From positions 192,001 to 256,000 of the forward strand of contig CAWJSK010000001.1 in assembly GCA_963845535.1 (NCBI GenBank): a DNA stretch of 64,000 bases, in the 5' to 3' direction. Below the pieces are notes generated by a model that saw nothing but the letters and a program-made list of their open reading frames with translations, did no database searches and was not told the DNA's origin. Shown here in pieces: positions 60,068 to 64,000 of this stretch. The stretch is from an uncultured Spirochaetota bacterium (lineage in GTDB: Bacteria; Spirochaetota; Spirochaetia; SZUA-6; Fen-1364). Positions within the stretch are counted from its first letter, which is position 1. Each line of letters starts with the position of its first letter. Both the position numbers and the translations under genes were made by a program.

Positions 60068-61265
60068 ATGAAAGCGAAAACCCCCCTCGAGGTGCTGGCG
60101 GTTGCCGGCCGCCTCGGCATCATGTCTTTTGGCGGACCGATTGCTCATCTCGGATACTTCCACGAGGAATACGTGGTCCGAAGGAAGTGGCTCGATGAGA
60201 AGAGCTACGCGGATCTTGTGGCCCTCTGCCAGATGATCCCGGGACCGGCAAGCAGCCAGCTGGGCATTGCCATCGGCATCCAGAGGGCCGGAATCCCCGG
60301 AGGGCTCGCGGCATGGGCCGGTTTCACTTTGCCGTCGGCAATTGCCCTTGTTGCCTTTGCGCTGCTCGTGCACGGATCCGGCGTGTCCGCAGCGGGCTGG
60401 CTGCACGGGCTGATGGTGGTGGCGGTTGCGGTTGTCGCGCAGGCGGTTTGGACAATGGCGCGCACCATGGCAGCCGAGGCGCGGCGCGCCTCAATCGCAA
60501 TCGCGGCGGCCATCGCCAGCATCGTCCTTCCTTCTTCCATCACGCAGATCTGCCTCGATCGTTGCCGGCGCGCTCGCGGGGCTGGCGCTGCTCGGATCCC
60601 CTGAGCAGGGAGATACGATGCAGCGGCCGGCCTTCGCCGGGATCAATCGGCGTGTCGCCGTGTCCTGCCTTGCTGCTTTTGGCCTGCTCCTTGTCGGGCT
60701 TCCCGTGCTGCGCGCCGTGGTCCACTCCCAGTGGCTTGCCGTGGTGGACAGCTTTTACAGGAGCGGCTCGCTTGTGTTCGGAGGCGGCCACGTGGTTCTC
60801 CCGCTCCTGCAGCGGGAAGTTGTCCCCACGGGGTGGATGACGAACGCGGCCTTCCTCTCCGGCTACGGGGCGGCCCAGGCGGTCCCCGGGCCGCTCTTCA
60901 CGTTTGCCGCGTACCTCGGCGCAACTCTGGGACCGGCCCCGAATGGCGTGGCGGGCGCGGCCATTGCTCTCGCGGCAATCTTCCTTCCCTCCTTTCTTCT
61001 CGTGGTCGGGTTGCTTCCATTCTACGGCGCGCTGCGGGGCAGGCCGGCCGTGAAGCGGGCCCTCGCAGGGGTGAATGCCGCGGTGGTCGGGATACTTCTT
61101 GCTGCTCTCTATACCCCAGTTTGGACGAGCGCGATCGTGACCCCCGCAGACTTCGCGGTCGGGCTTGCCGCGTTCCTGCTGCTCGTGGTCTGGAAAGCGC
61201 GGCCGTGGATGATCGTCTTTGGCGGCGCGATCGTCGGCGAAGCGCTCAGCCTGTTTCTCAAGTAA
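60068..61265 (+). CDS. chrA: Chromate efflux transporter (long CHR), frameshift at ~60557
   Basis: SFGGPIAHLGYF, CQMIPGPASSQ, and second half GSLVFGGGHVVLPLL, AQAVPGPLFTF. An extra G at 60557 splits the gene. Confidence 0.88.
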
Positions 61266-61327
61266 ACGCGGGGCAATCGCTCGGTCATTGACCCGTCGCC
61301 TCTCTCTTGGCACCTTGATGCTGCCAG

Positions 61328-62176
61328 ATGGAACACATCGCTCGTCATTCCTTGGTTGTCGACCTTGCCGCCCTCATGCGGGGCCGTCGCACGCTTGTCC
61401 TCAGCGGCGCCGGCATAAGCACGGAGTCCGGGATTCCTGACTACCGGGGCCCCCGGTCCGCCGCGCGCCGGGTGCGGCCCATCTACTACCGGGAGTTCGT
61501 GGCGGACTCCGTCGCGCGGGCCCGGTACTGGGCGCGCAGCGCGGTGGGCTGGCCCCGGGTCTCGGAAGCCAGGCCGAATCCTGGGCATTTCGCCATAGCG
61601 AGGATGGAGGAATCCCGCGCCGTGATCGGCGTGATCACGCAGAACGTCGATCGTCTTCACCAGGCCGCAGGCAGCCTTCGCGTTGTGGAGCTGCACGGCG
61701 CTCTTGCGGAAGTGGTCTGCCTGGAATGCGGCACGCGGGAGCAGAGGCAGCAGCTTCAGGACCGGCTGCTTTCGCTCAACCCGAATTGGGCGCGGGAACA
61801 GTACCAGACCGCTCTCATGGCCCCGGATGGGGATGCGCTGGTCGAAGTCCCATCCGACGGCTCCTTCCGCGTGCCTGCCTGTCTGCGCTGCGGTGGGATG
61901 CTGAAGCCGGACGTCGTGTTCTTCGGAGAGAACGTCCCCCGCCCGCGCGTGGAGCAGGCGCTGTCCCTGCTGGAAGAGGCGGAAGTCCTCCTTGTTGTCG
62001 GCTCCTCCCTTGCCGTGTATTCAGGATATCGATTCGCCGTGCAAGCCCATGAGGAGTCGAAGCCGGTGGCCATCATCAATCTCGGGCCGTGCCGCGCGGA
62101 TGCGCTTGCCGCCGTCAGGATCGACGCGCCCCTCGGTGAGGCCTTGCCGCGCGTAGCCGAGGTGTTGGAAGCCTGA
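61328..62176 (+). CDS. NAD-dependent deacylase, SIRT4-like sirtuin
   Basis: GAGISTESGIPDYRG, RYWARS..GW, ITQNVDRLH, ELHG, two CxxC motifs, KPDVVFFGE, GSSL. Confidence 0.93.
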   Translation: MEHIARHSLVVDLAALMRGRRTLVLSGAGISTESGIPDYRGPRSAARRVRPIYYREFVADSVARARYWARSAVGWPRVSEARPNPGHFAIARMEESRAVIGVITQNVDRLHQAAGSLRVVELHGALAEVVCLECGTREQRQQLQDRLLSLNPNWAREQYQTALMAPDGDALVEVPSDGSFRVPACLRCGGMLKPDVVFFGENVPRPRVEQALSLLEEAEVLLVVGSSLAVYSGYRFAVQAHEESKPVAIINLGPCRADALAAVRIDAPLGEALPRVAEVLEA

Positions 62177-62204
62177 ACGCTCCGTCGAACAGCATTGCCT
62201 GCCG

Positions 62205-62233
62205 TTGCCCCCGGGTTCTCTCGCGAATATACT
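62205..62233 (+). promoter_or_regulatory. Sigma70 promoter of the nucleotidyltransferase cassette
   Basis: TTGCCC-N17-TATACT. Confidence 0.65.
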
Positions 62234-62253
62234 GCGAGACGGGGGAGCAACCG

Positions 62254-62964
62254 CTGGATTTCAGAGCACGCCTTCTGGAGACCCTTCGCGCCATCGAGCC
62301 GATCCTTCTTGAGCCCGGCATCCTGGTCGCCGGCTCCGAGGTGCCGAACCTGCTCGAGCCAGGCGCTGCCGCGACTCTTGTTGTTTCCCAGGACGTCGAT
62401 ATCGCCGTTCCGGTCGCACACCACGCAAGCGTCAAGCGGCGATTGCGCGATGTGAAGGGGTTTGCCCGCTCCCCGGAAGAACCGTCGGTATGGCTTCCGC
62501 AGTCTGCCGGGCTGCTGGAGGTCAACTTCATCGGAATGGATGCAGCAAGCAGTGTTGCCTCCGAGACCTACGTCCTCGACGACCTGGAGCTGCCGCTTCT
62601 GGTGTTTTCCAGCCTGTCACTCCTCCGCGCAGGCAAGGTTGTCGAGCTGGAAGGGATTCGAGTTCCTCTCCCTCGCCCCGCCGGCCTCATAATGGAGAAG
62701 CTCATAACCGACCGTAGCGGGGAGAAGGGAGACCGCGACCTCCTTGTTGCGCTCGGACTGCTGCTCATGTGCGAAGCGGGGGATCGGGAAGAGCTCACAA
62801 GGCTCTACAGCGGCTTGCCGGATGAATTGCGCTATTCCGCCCGGTCCGGGCTCGCCGCCCTGTCCTTGCTCGAGCCGCGCGTGCACATGCCTGACCCTGT
62901 TTCCCATCGGAGCCTCGTGGCGCGGTTGCTGGCCGAGCTTGAGGCCACGGAGATGGCGCCGTGA
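62254..62964 (+). CDS. Nucleotidyltransferase-fold protein (AbiEii/MenT/GSU2403-like)
   Basis: The frame extends to CTG 62254 behind GGGGGAG. ILVAGS...SQDVDIAV, LIMEKL, KGDRDL. Confidence 0.65.
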   Translation: MDFRARLLETLRAIEPILLEPGILVAGSEVPNLLEPGAAATLVVSQDVDIAVPVAHHASVKRRLRDVKGFARSPEEPSVWLPQSAGLLEVNFIGMDAASSVASETYVLDDLELPLLVFSSLSLLRAGKVVELEGIRVPLPRPAGLIMEKLITDRSGEKGDRDLLVALGLLLMCEAGDREELTRLYSGLPDELRYSARSGLAALSLLEPRVHMPDPVSHRSLVARLLAELEATEMAP

Positions 62965-63308
62965 ACGAGCCCCTCCAGGCCCGTGCCAGACGCATTCGCG
63001 AAAGGTTGCTGATCCGTGCGTGGGAGTATCGGCAGCGCAACTACAGCAAGGGCGTCTGGCACAGGCTGCGGCGCGTTCTTGTGGATGCGGGAGAGGCATG
63101 GATTATCGATGATACCGAGGGGGATTTACTCGAAGCTGCCGGTCATGTCCCGCATCCTGTCGGCAGGGAGCTGTCTCCCGAAAAGCGCATCTTTCTCATC
63201 AGCAGGCGCGAGCTGGAGACTGTCCGCGGCAGGCGCCAGGTGCCCGTACGCATGTCCGTCGAGCTTCTCCAGGCTCGGAACCTCGCGCTCGTGCCTTTTG
63301 GCGCCTGA
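62961..63308 (+). CDS. Hypothetical basic protein (115 aa)
   Basis: GTGA overlap with the upstream gene; fills the gap before metG. Confidence 0.7.
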   Translation: MNEPLQARARRIRERLLIRAWEYRQRNYSKGVWHRLRRVLVDAGEAWIIDDTEGDLLEAAGHVPHPVGRELSPEKRIFLISRRELETVRGRRQVPVRMSVELLQARNLALVPFGA

Positions 63309-63334
63309 ACGCCATCTGAACGACGCCTGAACGC
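63303..63334. repeat. CTGAACG x3 tandem, including GCCTGAACGC x2
   Basis: GCCTGAACGC at 63303-63312 and 63325-63334; the same 10-mer occurs at 62171-62180. Confidence 0.8.
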
Positions 63335-63342
63335 CGCCGTTC

Positions 63343-63371
63343 TTGACGCCCCCGGGCGCCCCCGGTAGAGT
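63343..63371 (+). promoter_or_regulatory. Sigma70 promoter of metG
   Basis: TTGACG-N17-TAGAGT, with ATG 10 nt downstream. Confidence 0.65.
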
Positions 63372-63381
63372 AGCCGGACAT

Positions 63382-64000
63382 ATGGAAAGACGATTGATCA
63401 CATCCGCCCTGCCCTACGTGAACAATATCCCCCACCTGGGGAACCTCATCCAGGTGCTTTCCGCGGATGTGTTCGCTCGCTATTGCAGGCTTGCGGGTTA
63501 TGAGACGCTGTACATCTGCGGCACGGATGAATACGGAACCGCAACCGAAACAAAAGCGCTGGAGGAAGGGATCACCCCGCGCGAGCTGTGCGACCGTTAC
63601 CATGCCGTGCATGCTGACATCTACCGCTGGTTCAATATCGATTTCGACCATTTTGGCCGCACGTCGGTGCCCGTGCATACCGAGATCACGCAGCATATCT
63701 TCCTCAAGCTCCATGAGGCCGGCTACATCACGCAGCACGTCGTCAGCCAGCTCTTCTGTGAAAAGGACCAGCGATTCCTCGCGGACCGCTACGTCCTGGG
63801 CACGTGTCCGCACTGCGGGTACGCCGACGCCCGCGGCGACCAATGTGAAAACTGCGGGAAGCTGCTTGACCCCACGGAGCTCATCGAGCCCAGATGCAGC
63901 GTCTGCGGGACCCGGCCGGTCATCCGGGAGACGACGCACCTCTTCATCGATCTTCTTGCCCTTCTTCCCAAGCTGCGCAACTGGATCGAGTCCGCCGCGG
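63382..64000 (+). CDS. metG: Methionine--tRNA ligase, 5' part, runs off the window
   Basis: Not in the ORF track. [21 protein letters not shown]...[10 protein letters not shown]...[25 protein letters not shown]. Confidence 0.97.
   Translation, partial: MERRLITSALPYVNNIPHLGNLIQVLSADVFARYCRLAGYETLYICGTDEYGTATETKALEEGITPRELCDRYHAVHADIYRWFNIDFDHFGRTSVPVHTEITQHIFLKLHEAGYITQHVVSQLFCEKDQRFLADRYVLGTCPHCGYADARGDQCENCGKLLDPTELIEPRCSVCGTRPVIRETTHLFIDLLALLPKLRNWIESAA

Noticed and set aside
61328..62176. Sirtuin as a Sir2 anti-phage NADase
   Set aside because: It is a zinc-finger SIRT4-like deacylase of housekeeping type, and the downstream cassette has its own promoter.

Overview
GC-rich bacterial chromosomal window, most likely from a Spirochaetota genome (inferred from a DUF5312-like gene, SH3/TPR lipoproteins and a TPR-MltD cluster). 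It is gene-dense and mostly housekeeping: hutH, glnE/glnA with a sigma-54 promoter, rlmD plus a U32 protein, icd, prfA-prmC-rel, queG/queD, ddl-murE, hflKC, a sirtuin and the start of metG. I saw no rRNA, tRNA, CRISPR array or transposase. Several genes carry single-base frameshifts, with a dense cluster at about 46.9-48.2 kb, which points to assembly indel errors. The most striking item is at 1044-2547: a class III adenylate cyclase fused to a voltage-sensor (S1-S4) domain with six regularly spaced arginines and no pore filter. It is translationally coupled to an SF1 helicase with a HEPN/DUF4145-like N-terminus and faces a TM0106-type dual nuclease. Other notable items: a GlnE with two GlnD-like ACT domains; an internally deleted but in-frame PEP-mutase/isocitrate-lyase remnant that leads into glnE; many apparently leaderless genes; a nucleotidyltransferase two-gene cassette flanked by 10-bp direct repeats; a queD-DNA methyltransferase coupling; and two small ORFs (58 and 55 aa). 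All family calls come from motifs read by eye; no database search was run.
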